Shown here piece by piece: positions 20,303-31,910 of a stretch of 64,000 nt of DNA; position 1 is the stretch's first letter, and each line of letters opens with the position of its first letter. Origin of the DNA: Candidatus Cloacimonadaceae bacterium (GTDB taxonomy: Bacteria; Cloacimonadota; Cloacimonadia; Cloacimonadales; Cloacimonadaceae); the NCBI GenBank assembly GCA_030693415.1, contig JAUYAR010000094.1, forward strand, positions 10,061 to 74,060. Reading direction: 5' to 3'. The notes beneath the pieces are model-generated. The model saw only the letters and a program-made list of their open reading frames with translations, made no database searches and was not told the DNA's origin. Position numbers and translations under genes: made by a program.

Positions 20303-23300
20303 TTATTTCAACAGCAGCATCTTGCGGGTCTGGCTGTTTCCGTTGATAGACAGACTGTAGAAGTATAAACCGGAGCCGACAGCTTTGCCGCCGTCATCGG
20401 TTCCGTTCCAGATAATTGAGTGCTTTCCACGCGCTACATCGGATTCCAGCAAGGTTTTAACCACCTGTCCCTTGATGTTATAGATCATTAGTTTCGCGTT
20501 TCCGCCTTGTGCGGCGTTGAAAGCGATGGTGGTGGTGGGGTTGAAGGGGTTGGGATAGTTTTGCAGCAGCTCGAATGGTTTTTGAATGATGTGATCATCG
20601 TTGCTCACATAATTATCCGGTGGGATGGTCGTGAACTTGATCGCCAATCCGGCTTGCAAAGGAGTTGCGGTCGGAGGGTAAAAATTGGCGTGGGTATAGG
20701 ACAAACCTACAGTCTGACTGTGGTTTTCGATGCCGACGGTGCAATAGTTTGTCGTGGTCCCGGGGTTGTCAACGGTGTGATACTGAACCACGATGTCGCC
20801 ATCCCGATCCTGTTGCGGATAGAGGATGATCTGAAACTTTTCCAGCGAAGGGGTGTTTGAATTGATGGTATATTGGTTGTAGGCATCGTTCCATTGGACG
20901 ATATAGCGGTTGTTTGCCGCGTCAAACCAATAGAGAATGCGCATATTGGCGAAGATGGGGTTGCCATCTGGGTCCACACCGGTTTTTCTTCCTTTGAGGT
21001 CATCCCAATAACCTGCGATCATGGCATAGGGACCCAAAGCTGCGGGGATGTAGTGATTGTAGAAATCTTCCATATCCGTGGGCAACAGTGAGATCCAACC
21101 GTTGGAACACATGGTGACGTGATTATAGTTTCTGCCATAGAACCTGAAGTTGAAGGGCAGATCGACCGTGCGGGATCCATCGTCCATGATCAACCAAAGG
21201 TTGCCCTGTCCGCCCAGGAGAGGATCAAGTTCGATCCAATTATAGGTCGGGGTTTGGGCAAAACCGGCATCAAAACTGTCATAGGCATAGTATCCGTAGG
21301 GACAAGGGCCGGTGGGCGAAGTGGTTGCAGGCGTTCCCGCAGTGAGCGCATAGAAAGCCGTGGTGCTGTATCCGCTGCCGCTGATGAGCAGTTTGATCGG
21401 GATGTTTCTGCCATGCCATGCACCCGAAGCCACCTGGATGTTTGCGGTGAACTGTTTGGTTTCGCCGACTGCGACGGTGCCGATATTTATGAGACCTGAT
21501 CCGATAACCGCGGCTTCGGTGAGTGATACTATTTGCACGCCGGCATTTGTCAGCGCCACGTTTCCGGTATTGATAACCGAAATGACGACCGGACTGGAAA
21601 CACCGAGGTGGAGGATACCGCTTGCGTCCACAACGGTGAATTCGGCTCCTCCGGCGACCAACTGGAAGCTGTGATTAGTGGCGGGATTGGTGATATTGAC
21701 ATCAAAATGCAGCAAGTCTCGGGGTTGGATGTTTGCACCAGCGGTGAGGTTGAAGCTCAAGGTGGTCGTTGCGCCCGCTGCAAGCGTAGTGATAGTCTGG
21801 GTCGGATTTGCGATTGAAACACCCTCGATGTTGATCAAGGAGACGTTAATGTTGCTGTAGTTGCCGCTGCTATAATTCTTGAAGGTTAGTTGAAGAGTGT
21901 GGCTCGTTGCCGGGTTGATGGTTGTTTCGATAAGGGAGTTTACTGTGATGCCGATAGTAGCGGCGGCGGAGGGGGTCATCGTTGCTACCAGCGGCACAAA
22001 ATTGGGCTTGCTGATGGTGACTACAAGGTTTCCGCTTTCTTCAGGATTAACTGGCAGGATTGCATATCCGTTCTTCACCACCGCATAGGAGTATGTGGTT
22101 TGATTTTTAGTACCGGAGACCATGGCGTTTTCCAGATGTGGAGCGCTGATGCGGATGTGGCTTGCGGACTGAGCATAGGTCAATCCACCTTGGATGACGT
22201 TTGAGGAGATCGTCGAAGGTTCCAGTATCCACATATTTAGGCTGGGATCGGAAAGCAGGTTATAGACATGGTAATAGAAAGCGACATATTGGTTTGGCGC
22301 GAGGTCATTGGGAAAGTTTTTATACAATTCTATCTTTCCGATCAGGACGCTGGTGCCAAAGCCTCTCACGCCATAATCATAGATGCTGCGGAAGGCTCCG
22401 CTGGAAATGGAATTGTTGTATCTCGTCTTGGTGTGCAGATCCGAGGGACCTACGAAAGCGATGGCTCCTCCAGGTTGGGCGACACTGCCCATGCGCATCC
22501 ATTTTTCGCCAAAACTGGGATTCACCGAATTGGCAAAATCACCGGTGTTGCAGACGATGGAAAAGACGATCGGCATGCGCGGACCGTTGAAGGTGTTGTT
22601 CAAATCGGGAATATGGAAAGAGGGATAGTGCCAGCCGTTGGCATCTCCCCATCCGCGATAGCTGATGATCTGCACGCCTTGATTGATGGCGGAGATGATC
22701 GATTGCGTGCCCGGATAAGTAGGTGGATAGAAAACAGTATCCACCTGGGTGTATCCATAGTCCAACATCCTGTTGCGCAACCAACGGGACATTTGCACCG
22801 GAGTGATCGGTCTGAGACCGCCTTCGGCATAGTTTCCGGCAACTGCGAGCCCCCGTTTCATCCAGGCAGGGTTGGACATGAAAGGGCTTCTCTCATAGAC
22901 CACGGTCTTGTTTGCCATAGTCATAAACTCCGAGATATCGTTGAATGAGAAACGTCCCACAAGCATTTCGGGGAAATAATCGTCTCCATCCAAAAGCGCG
23001 TACTGATGGTCGTCAGCGTCGTTTTCGGCATATTCCGGAGAGGGAAAGAAAGCCGTGGGGATCGAATAGTTTCCGGTCACGTCTCCCAACAGCATCAGAT
23101 AGTCGCAGTGGTTTTCATTCCAATGATTTTGGATGAATTGTATATAATGATCCAGGGTCGTGCCGATCTGGGATTTGTATGCCACATAGACATCAAAGCC
23201 AATGGAACGTTTCCAGTTGATATAGTCATTTTGATAGCTGGCAAGGTTGGTGTGGCTCAGAATGAGCATTTTGGGACGCGCCACCGGCAGGTTGCGCAAA

Positions 23301-23809
23301 TAGGACGTTTCGAAATTATCCGCCAAAACCTTGTAAGCATCGATGAAAGCGGGGGAGACGGAGGTGGGCATGACAATCGGCTGTGAGCCCGCCAGCGCGA
23401 AATCCACATCCTTGAGGGTGTAGATCTTGCCGTCGCGTAATACCTGGGTTTCGATGACGACTGTGAAACCACGCATCTCGCGCATGGTGAATGAGTTTGC
23501 CAGATTGATCATGTCGTGGTTGCGGTTGCTTTCGGTATATAGGAAGTTTCCGTTTTCGTCAAAGACGTTCCAAAGACTTCTGGAAATATTTAGTGTCGCC
23601 GCTTGATATGGCAGGGCAAAAGTTTTGGAAATGGCGGTGTGGGATACAAATTCATCATCCTCACCGGGTTCGGACACTTCTGCAGGGGCGAGGCGCAGGT
23701 TTTCAACCCTGGCGTTTAGCCCTGCTGCATGTGTGTCGTATCTTTCATAAGCCGCCGCACTTAGCAGGCTCACAAAAAGCAGTAGTGTCAATAATATAAA
23801 TGATCTCAT
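20303..23809 (-). CDS. secreted peptidase C25 (gingipain)-like protein with NIDO-like module and T9SS C-terminal sorting domain
   Basis: ORF 20303..23845. The start is set at M13 (23809), giving signal peptide MRSFILLTLLLFVSLLSAAA, with GGGAGG upstream. C25-like block LMLLGDVTG...ISYRGWGDANGW...FSIVCNTGDF. C-terminus NYPNPFNPTTTIAF...GLYFYSL...RKMLLLK. Confidence 0.8.
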   Translation of the reverse strand: MRSFILLTLLLFVSLLSAAAYERYDTHAAGLNARVENLRLAPAEVSEPGEDDEFVSHTAISKTFALPYQAATLNISRSLWNVFDENGNFLYTESNRNHDMINLANSFTMREMRGFTVVIETQVLRDGKIYTLKDVDFALAGSQPIVMPTSVSPAFIDAYKVLADNFETSYLRNLPVARPKMLILSHTNLASYQNDYINWKRSIGFDVYVAYKSQIGTTLDHYIQFIQNHWNENHCDYLMLLGDVTGNYSIPTAFFPSPEYAENDADDHQYALLDGDDYFPEMLVGRFSFNDISEFMTMANKTVVYERSPFMSNPAWMKRGLAVAGNYAEGGLRPITPVQMSRWLRNRMLDYGYTQVDTVFYPPTYPGTQSIISAINQGVQIISYRGWGDANGWHYPSFHIPDLNNTFNGPRMPIVFSIVCNTGDFANSVNPSFGEKWMRMGSVAQPGGAIAFVGPSDLHTKTRYNNSISSGAFRSIYDYGVRGFGTSVLIGKIELYKNFPNDLAPNQYVAFYYHVYNLLSDPSLNMWILEPSTISSNVIQGGLTYAQSASHIRISAPHLENAMVSGTKNQTTYSYAVVKNGYAILPVNPEESGNLVVTISKPNFVPLVATMTPSAAATIGITVNSLIETTINPATSHTLQLTFKNYSSGNYSNINVSLINIEGVSIANPTQTITTLAAGATTTLSFNLTAGANIQPRDLLHFDVNITNPATNHSFQLVAGGAEFTVVDASGILHLGVSSPVVISVINTGNVALTNAGVQIVSLTEAAVIGSGLINIGTVAVGETKQFTANIQVASGAWHGRNIPIKLLISGSGYSTTAFYALTAGTPATTSPTGPCPYGYYAYDSFDAGFAQTPTYNWIELDPLLGGQGNLWLIMDDGSRTVDLPFNFRFYGRNYNHVTMCSNGWISLLPTDMEDFYNHYIPAALGPYAMIAGYWDDLKGRKTGVDPDGNPIFANMRILYWFDAANNRYIVQWNDAYNQYTINSNTPSLEKFQIILYPQQDRDGDIVVQYHTVDNPGTTTNYCTVGIENHSQTVGLSYTHANFYPPTATPLQAGLAIKFTTIPPDNYVSNDDHIIQKPFELLQNYPNPFNPTTTIAFNAAQGGNAKLMIYNIKGQVVKTLLESDVARGKHSIIWNGTDDGGKAVGSGLYFYSLSINGNSQTRKMLLLK

Positions 23810-24000
23810 TAATCCTCCCAATTTTGGTACCTTGTGTATATGCAAGAACTATTCCGAAGTGCTTTCAAGTGATCTCCGATATTTATTTACAGTTGGAAAA
23901 GTAATTGCAACTGATTTAAAAGCTTATGCTCTATTCGCGGTTGAGCGCTACGCATGATCTATGAGAGCGTTCTCAGCCGCAAAATCTAAAAGGATATATA

Positions 24001-24921
24001 ATGATAATAAAGACTCGCCTTGGCTCGATCCTGGTGCTCGTAATGCTGTTGCTTGCTGTTTCCTGCGGGACAAATACGAAGCTGACCAATCCCGATGATC
24101 AAGATGTGCTGCTCTTTGGCAGCGACGACAGCTTTGATGCGGTTACTTGGAATCTGCGCACCTTTCCGCTAATTAATCCCGGTACGCTTGAAGTCCTCGC
24201 GCAAATGATTCCTCTGATGAAGGTGGACATGATCGCCTTTCAGGAGATCATGGATTATTCCGCGTTTATGCAACTTGCGGGGATGATTCCACATTACAAC
24301 GCTTATGTTTACACTGCCACTACCAGTTATCGCCTTGCCTATCTGTATGATAGCAGAACCGTCGAGGTGCGCGATCAATACACTATCTTTAATGGTGAGA
24401 CCAATCCCTTTCCCCGTGCGCCCTATGTGTTGGAAATCACCTGGCAGGGAAAGGATATCGTGCTGATCAACAATCATTTGAAAGCCATGGGTGACAACAT
24501 TATCGACGTTAGTGATTCATGGGATGAGGAAATGAGACGCCGCCTCGCTTGCGAAAAACTCGATCTGTATATCCGCCAAAACTTTGATACAAACAGGGTG
24601 ATCGTGCTGGGAGACTTGAACGACCAGATCCAGGAATCGGTCGAGACCAACGTGTTCCTGAGTTTCCTAAACCGCCCTGAGGAATATCTTTTCACCACTA
24701 TGCACACCGCGCAAAACCCCACATCGACGACGGTCTCCTACCCAATATCCTTTTCTCACATCGACCACATTCTCATATCCAACGAACTTTTTGAGTCCTA
24801 TGCCGATTCTCGCAGCGTCTGCAAAACGATTGTGGCTGAGAATTGGATGGGAAACTGGTCAAACTATTACAATCAGGTGTCCGACCACAGGCCAGTGGGG
24901 ATAAAGCTCTATATTGACTGA
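24001..24921 (+). CDS. endonuclease/exonuclease/phosphatase (EEP) family lipoprotein
   Basis: 306 aa with lipobox LLLAVSCGT. EEP-like motifs TWNLRTF, DMIAFQEI, LINNHLKA, VLGDLND and the C-terminal SDHRPV. Confidence 0.7.
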   Translation: MIIKTRLGSILVLVMLLLAVSCGTNTKLTNPDDQDVLLFGSDDSFDAVTWNLRTFPLINPGTLEVLAQMIPLMKVDMIAFQEIMDYSAFMQLAGMIPHYNAYVYTATTSYRLAYLYDSRTVEVRDQYTIFNGETNPFPRAPYVLEITWQGKDIVLINNHLKAMGDNIIDVSDSWDEEMRRRLACEKLDLYIRQNFDTNRVIVLGDLNDQIQESVETNVFLSFLNRPEEYLFTTMHTAQNPTSTTVSYPISFSHIDHILISNELFESYADSRSVCKTIVAENWMGNWSNYYNQVSDHRPVGIKLYID

Positions 24922-24942
24922 GTAAGTTTTCCCTAAATAATC

Positions 24943-26298
24943 TTAGTCCGCCATGATCGATGCCATCACCAGGCGATAAAGAACGCCATCGGAGAGAGCG
25001 TTCACAGCGGAAAGTTCCGCGTCGGTCTCCGCTTGCAGCATTCTTGGAGCGTTGTTTTTCACGTTTTGAATCGTGTCGCTGATGATGATCTCACCGCTTC
25101 TGGCATTTTTAATAGCACAATAGACGTCTCCAAAGGCGGAATGCAAATTCAGCGCGGAGATATAAGTGCCAGGACGTGAAACGATCTTGACTTCGATGAT
25201 ATAATCCGCGGATTGGGGGCTGTCCGTGATGTCGATGTCCATGTCGATCAGTCTGTCCTGCAAGACTTTGCGATAGATTGTTCCTTTAGAATCATTGAAG
25301 CTGTATTGCAGACAAACTTTCGGCTTGCCCACTCGGATCGGTATCTGGGCGTGTTTAAACACAATCGTGTCCAAAAGTTTGCGGATGATAGGGTTGGTGA
25401 GCCGCTTGGCATAATGGGATTTATCGATCCCCACCTCGATCAACTGATTGGCTTCGAAACTTGTAATTCGTTCCACCGGTAGGAGATACTGTCCCTTGGA
25501 ATCGGTCATTCCTGATAGAGGCATCTTTCCGCTGCCGCGGGAGAATCTGAAGACCAGCGGGAAGTGATCGCAGCCATAGTTTTGCTGATCGTCTTTTTTG
25601 TAATTGAGAGTGATCAGTATTCTCTTTTCCGTTTTCTGCTTCGCCACCATCTCCAATATTGATGGATCGGCAGAGAATGTAAGCTGCAAGGGCAATTGAC
25701 GCAGTCGCCGGCTCAATTCATTATAGAGGTTGATCCTTTGGGAAAGATAATCCGCACTCAGATCCAGATCGAGATAATCCACTACCTGTTCAAGGGCTTC
25801 CAGTAGCAGCGGGATGCCGGTGGCTATGTCCGAACCTGCATTATCATACTGGATCAATTGCCCCAAAGCCTGAGATACAGCAAGGTCTCGCCGTCTCATC
25901 CGTTGGCTGCGATAGATATCCTTGCTGAGCCGGTAATATGCCCAATATTCTTTCTTGGACTCATACGTTCCTGTGAGTTGGACATCCGTCAACAACGCTC
26001 TTGAACTGGTTTGAATCTGTGAAACAAACTCCGATCGCGGGATGCCGGAACTCTCTGTATCGATCAGGGATAGCTGCGCGTCCACCTGAACGCTGATCTG
26101 CATGGAGATATTCTTCACTGCGTTATCAAATGCACGATCCTTGTAGTTGGCGATGCCTTTGTTGATATTGACTACACTGGAATAGAAAGCGGGATCGATC
26201 GGTTCCGCTTTTGTCCAAGTCGGCACCGCTTTGGAAAAGCTGCAAGAACAAAGCATCCAAATAATGATCAGAAGCAGCGTGATCTTTACTATTTTCAT
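24943..26298 (-). CDS. LPP20/FlgP-like lipoprotein with long unknown C-terminal region
   Basis: 451 aa with lipobox WMLCSCS. The N-terminal segment (KDRAFDNAVKNISMQISVQVDAQL...TDVQLTGTYESKKEYWAYYRLSK) resembles the LPP20 family. ATGA overlap with the upstream gene. Confidence 0.5.
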   Translation of the reverse strand: MKIVKITLLLIIIWMLCSCSFSKAVPTWTKAEPIDPAFYSSVVNINKGIANYKDRAFDNAVKNISMQISVQVDAQLSLIDTESSGIPRSEFVSQIQTSSRALLTDVQLTGTYESKKEYWAYYRLSKDIYRSQRMRRRDLAVSQALGQLIQYDNAGSDIATGIPLLLEALEQVVDYLDLDLSADYLSQRINLYNELSRRLRQLPLQLTFSADPSILEMVAKQKTEKRILITLNYKKDDQQNYGCDHFPLVFRFSRGSGKMPLSGMTDSKGQYLLPVERITSFEANQLIEVGIDKSHYAKRLTNPIIRKLLDTIVFKHAQIPIRVGKPKVCLQYSFNDSKGTIYRKVLQDRLIDMDIDITDSPQSADYIIEVKIVSRPGTYISALNLHSAFGDVYCAIKNARSGEIIISDTIQNVKNNAPRMLQAETDAELSAVNALSDGVLYRLVMASIMAD

Positions 26299-27569
26299 TT
26301 GACGTAGTTTTTGATCTGGGAAATGAACATACCACTGAGTTTGCGAACGGCGCGGTTGACCAACTCGACATCAGATGGCGGCAGAGGTTCGGATTTGGCG
26401 ATCAGAGCTTTGGTAGAGGGGGAGAGCGCTCTTTCGTCTCCGGCGCCCTTTCTTGCCCAGACGTCCGACCAGTTTTCTTCGGAAGTGAAATTGTCTTGGA
26501 TTTTGATCCTGCCGGTGGAGACATCCACGATCGTGTATGAAGCCGTGATCTGAGCGCCTGCGGTTTTGGTGTATTTGGTATAGAGGCAAGAGACGTCGCC
26601 TTTGATGGCTCGGGTGCGTTCATTGCCTTCGACGTCGATATAGGTTTCCTCGCTCACTGTGACATTGGCGGTTTCCTTCTTTTCCAAGTCAACGGTGCGA
26701 GGTTGGACATAATTGATCTGTAATATCTTGCCGGTCATGATCTCATGTGCGCCAAGGAGCATACCCACATTTGCCGAGCTTTTTTCATCGACCAAACCGG
26801 AAGCGCCGAGTTTCTGCTCGAGCAGTACTGTATTGATCTGATCGCGGGTGATGATCTCCAAAAACTCGCTGGCGCTTTTGTCCTGCAAAAGAGAGCCAAT
26901 GATGGAATCGACCAGCATTTCCGGGATGCCACCATACTTGCTTTTTGAGCCGCTTTTGTCCTCGAAAGCCATGATGGCGATGCGTTTGATCGCGAGCTTG
27001 CGTGCCTGCTCATAGCGGGAGGCGGAATCCTTGTATCCTGGAATAAACTCCTGCGCCAGTTTAAACTCTTTGGCGGCTTCTTTTTGGATGTCCGTGCTGT
27101 TTCCGCTGCGTGCGAGTTTGATGCCGCTGGAGTAATGATACTCGGCAGCGTTGGTCTTGCTCTCACGTATATTCGGGTTGTAATCCTTAAAATCAAAATA
27201 GATCACTTCGCCGGTCTTGGGGTTCATCAACCTGGGAAGGTCTTTCACCTTGGTTTGAATCGCGTCCAGTTCTGTGTATTCCTTATAGAGTTTGTCCCAT
27301 TTGAGCGCGTCATCCGAAGCTGCGAGCTTGGCGATCTTCTCTTCACGGATCCTGATCAGACGGGGATAGATATCCTTGAGCAGATCCTGTGCTTTGACGT
27401 AGCCGGGCTTGATAGTCAGCGATTGCACATTCGTCTGTAGGGCAGCTTCCAGATTTCCGTGCTTATACTGTTTCTTGGCGGTATTGTACAATGAAACGTT
27501 TTTACTGCATCCGCTCACCAATAGCAGCGTAATGAAGATCAATGGCATAAGATACTTTAAAAAGCGCAT
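26295..27569 (-). CDS. CsgG/LpoB-like lipoprotein with N-terminal TPR-like region
   Basis: 424 aa with lipobox LLLVSGCS. The core IAIMAFEDKSGSKSKYGGIPEMLVDSIIGSLL...ITRDQINTVLLEQKLGASGLVD...GAHEIMTGKI matches the CsgG-family pattern. Confidence 0.55.
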   Translation of the reverse strand: MRFLKYLMPLIFITLLLVSGCSKNVSLYNTAKKQYKHGNLEAALQTNVQSLTIKPGYVKAQDLLKDIYPRLIRIREEKIAKLAASDDALKWDKLYKEYTELDAIQTKVKDLPRLMNPKTGEVIYFDFKDYNPNIRESKTNAAEYHYSSGIKLARSGNSTDIQKEAAKEFKLAQEFIPGYKDSASRYEQARKLAIKRIAIMAFEDKSGSKSKYGGIPEMLVDSIIGSLLQDKSASEFLEIITRDQINTVLLEQKLGASGLVDEKSSANVGMLLGAHEIMTGKILQINYVQPRTVDLEKKETANVTVSEETYIDVEGNERTRAIKGDVSCLYTKYTKTAGAQITASYTIVDVSTGRIKIQDNFTSEENWSDVWARKGAGDERALSPSTKALIAKSEPLPPSDVELVNRAVRKLSGMFISQIKNYVK

Positions 27570-27746
27570 CTTATCCTCCCTCGTTTAGTTTTTTATTTCT
27601 TATTTTACTACTCGTATATCATTGAAAGCACTTCTTGCAGAAATGACGACATTGTGTCAAGACCTATTTGCTGAAAGCATTATCTCACCCGACAAATAGA
27701 CGTGGGGGAGAAGGAGGTGAGTTTAGTAGAAGCAATCTATCAGTTA

Positions 27747-28505
27747 TCAAGGAAGATTTGAAACTGGAGTAAAACCGAGCTGAGCTGAGATACTTTCCCG
27801 GATCCTGTCTCTCAGGGATAGAGCATTGGTTATGGACGCAAGGTCAAAGCTCTCCGTGAAACTGCCGGGAGTGCCGGTCATCAGATGGATGGAGTCGGAG
27901 AGGATAATGGCTTCATCGATATCATGGGTGACCAATATCACAGAGAGCTTTAATTCGCGGGTGATATCTTTCAGCCAGGCTTGCATTTGCGATCTCGTGA
28001 TCGCATCTAAAGAAGCGAAAGGTTCGTCTAATAACAAAAGCTCCGATCCGGTCATGTAAGTTCTCAAAAATGCCACTCTTTGGCACAAGCCCCCGGAGAG
28101 TTGATGCGGCAGATGCTTTTCATGGTTTTCCAATCCGAAAACGGGGAGCAACTCCGCAATTTTGCGTTTGCCCTTTTCCAGGTCAAGATTCTTGACGCGT
28201 AGCGGGAGCATCGCGTTGTCAAAGACGTTCAACCAAGGGAAGAGCAGATCGTCCTGGGGCATGTATCCAAGGCAGCCGCTCTTTCCCGTAATGTCATTAT
28301 TTTGGTATATGATACATCCCGCATCGGGGAACGTGATTCCGGCAAGCAGTTCCAGAAAAGTACTTTTCCCGCATCCGCTGGAACCGATGATCGAGACAAA
28401 TCTACCACTATCAATCGAAAAATTGATTCCTTCCAGGATCGGTTTTTTTTCTCCCTTGAAAAGGAAGGACTTTGCCAGATTCTCGGTCGTCAGAATGGGA
28501 TGCAT
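27747..28505 (-). CDS. ABC transporter ATP-binding protein (NitT/TauT-type)
   Basis: ORF 27747..28580. Walker A GSSGCGKST, signature LSGGLCQRV, Walker B LLLLDEPF. The start is set at ATG 28505 (M26), which overlaps the SBP stop (TGATG). Confidence 0.85.
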   Translation of the reverse strand: MHPILTTENLAKSFLFKGEKKPILEGINFSIDSGRFVSIIGSSGCGKSTFLELLAGITFPDAGCIIYQNNDITGKSGCLGYMPQDDLLFPWLNVFDNAMLPLRVKNLDLEKGKRKIAELLPVFGLENHEKHLPHQLSGGLCQRVAFLRTYMTGSELLLLDEPFASLDAITRSQMQAWLKDITRELKLSVILVTHDIDEAIILSDSIHLMTGTPGSFTESFDLASITNALSLRDRIRESISAQLGFTPVSNLP

Positions 28506-29467
28506 CAGGGCAGATACTTGTTTGTGAAGGCTGCTTCGGCTTTGACTGGAACAGGGATCAGAGCTTTCTCGTGCATCCAATCACCAAAACGCTGCCACAC
28601 TTCCAGCTTTTGCATGCCCCACTTATCTGCATCGGAACGATACTCCTTACTCAAGTAATTCATGCTCAGATGCACTTGTTCAGGATTCAATTCGGGAACC
28701 TGCTTGATCAAAATATCCGCAGCGGCGGTGGGATTTTCGATGCAATACTCATAACCCTTGCTTGCCGCGGCAAGAAAAGCCGCAACGAGTTCCGGTTCGG
28801 CTTTGACGGTCTTTTCATTGGCGATGATCAGCGGAGTGTAGAAATCAAAGATGGGATTGAGTCCGCGGATCGGGATAAAATCGATCTCGATGTTTCTGCG
28901 ATGAGCTTCGACGCCGTCCCAACCCCAGTAGATCCATTCAAAATCGGCATCCTTGCCGATGGTGGAAAAGAAGTCATAGACGCCTGAGATGATCTTGGTT
29001 TTGGCAAAATCGGCAGAGTCGTCCTTCATGATCGTTTCCAGAATGGCAAGCTCGGAAGGCCAGCCGGAACTGCCATAGCGTTTTCCTTCAAAGTCTTTGG
29101 GACGCTTGATGTTGGCGGATTTGAGTGCCGCGAATCCGGAGGTGTTGTGTTGCATAATCGCGGCGATTGAAATTACCGGAATGTCTTCCGCGCGGGCGAG
29201 CATCACGCTTTCCTGATAGCTGACGCCAAATTGGGCATTTCCGGAGGCGACGATCTGATCTGCAGTGTTTTGTCCTGGTTGGATGATATTCACATCAAGT
29301 CCGGCATCGCGGAAATATCCATGTTGTAAAGCGACGTAAAGTCCTGCGTGATTTGTGTTTGGAGTCCAATCCAATACTACCGTGACCCTGCGCAGGTCAC
29401 TCTTTTTCTTGCAGGACACGCTGAATAGCAAAAGCGCCATCAGCAAAACGGTCAAAATCTTGTTCAT
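28505..29467 (-). CDS. NMT1/THI5-like (ThiY-like) ABC substrate-binding lipoprotein
   Basis: 320 aa with lipobox LLFSVSCKK. LDWTPNTNHAGLYVALQHGYFRDAGLDVNI is typical of NMT1/THI5-like binding proteins. Confidence 0.75.
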   Translation of the reverse strand: MNKILTVLLMALLLFSVSCKKKSDLRRVTVVLDWTPNTNHAGLYVALQHGYFRDAGLDVNIIQPGQNTADQIVASGNAQFGVSYQESVMLARAEDIPVISIAAIMQHNTSGFAALKSANIKRPKDFEGKRYGSSGWPSELAILETIMKDDSADFAKTKIISGVYDFFSTIGKDADFEWIYWGWDGVEAHRRNIEIDFIPIRGLNPIFDFYTPLIIANEKTVKAEPELVAAFLAAASKGYEYCIENPTAAADILIKQVPELNPEQVHLSMNYLSKEYRSDADKWGMQKLEVWQRFGDWMHEKALIPVPVKAEAAFTNKYLP

Positions 29468-29499
29468 CTATGCTCCTATTTGTAAATAATGATATGAAA

Positions 29500-30387
29500 C
29501 TATGCTCGCGGATGATAGACTTTGTGTGTTTCCATCAGATGGCGGATGTCCACGTGAGTATAGATTTGGGTGGTATTCAAGCTGGCATGACCAAGCAGCG
29601 CCTGCACGATACGCAGATTCACGCCGGCTTCCAAAAGATGCGTGGCAAAGGAATGCCTGAAAGTATGGGGTGTGATCTCCTGTTTGATATTAGCAATCAG
29701 AGCGGCTTTGCGCAAAATCTTCCAAAAACCCATGCGGCTGAGCTTTCCGCCGCGGTTGTTGAGAAAAAAGACATCCGTATTTTTGAACTTCAGCAGGACA
29801 GGACGGTGCTGTTTCCAATATCGGTCAATCCACTCGGAAACGCTTTCCACATAAGGGACATAGCGCTGTTTGCTGCCTTTGCCGTGGACGAGGATCACTT
29901 TTTCCGTGAGATTGATATCGTGGGTGGAAAGACCCAGCAGTTCCGAGATTCGCATGCCGGTGGCATAGAGGAGCTCAAACATCAGCTTGTTGCGTGTTTC
30001 CAGGGAGTTTGAGACGGGCAGACGATTGAGAAAACCAAGCATCGTTTCCACGTCTATGACATCGGGTAAATGCTCACTGAGTTTGATCTTGGGCACTCTA
30101 TCAAAGTCAAGATTGATCTTGTAGTCGTTTTCGGACAGAAATAGAAAGAACTGCTTGATGGCGATGCGTTTGCGGGCGATGGAGGTAGACACCAAACCGG
30201 TGTCGGAGAGCGCGATGAGATACTGGACAAGATCGTCCGCCACATATTGTTCCACAGCTTTGGGGCAAAACTCCAGAAAATCTCTGATATCGCGTTTATA
30301 GCTTTCGATGCTGTTTTCCGCCATGCCCTTTTCCACTTTGATGTGATAGACAAAGCTGTTTAACAGGCTGGTCAGTTTTGTGCTCAT
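29500..30387 (-). CDS. tyrosine recombinase, XerC/XerD family
   Basis: ORF 29500..30555. Catalytic region TGMRISELLGL...HTFRHSFATHLLEAGVNLRIVQALLGHASLNTTQIYTHV. The start is set at M57 (30387), 7 nt after the guaB stop; M52 (30402) is also possible. Confidence 0.8.
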   Translation of the reverse strand: MSTKLTSLLNSFVYHIKVEKGMAENSIESYKRDIRDFLEFCPKAVEQYVADDLVQYLIALSDTGLVSTSIARKRIAIKQFFLFLSENDYKINLDFDRVPKIKLSEHLPDVIDVETMLGFLNRLPVSNSLETRNKLMFELLYATGMRISELLGLSTHDINLTEKVILVHGKGSKQRYVPYVESVSEWIDRYWKQHRPVLLKFKNTDVFFLNNRGGKLSRMGFWKILRKAALIANIKQEITPHTFRHSFATHLLEAGVNLRIVQALLGHASLNTTQIYTHVDIRHLMETHKVYHPRA

Positions 30388-30394
30388 GGCGGGT

Positions 30395-31855
<1,461 letters not shown>

Positions 31856-31910
31856 TTATCGCTCCATACGATGCCAAGTAATTTGATAGCAGAAATCCTG
31901 TCAAGCATGC

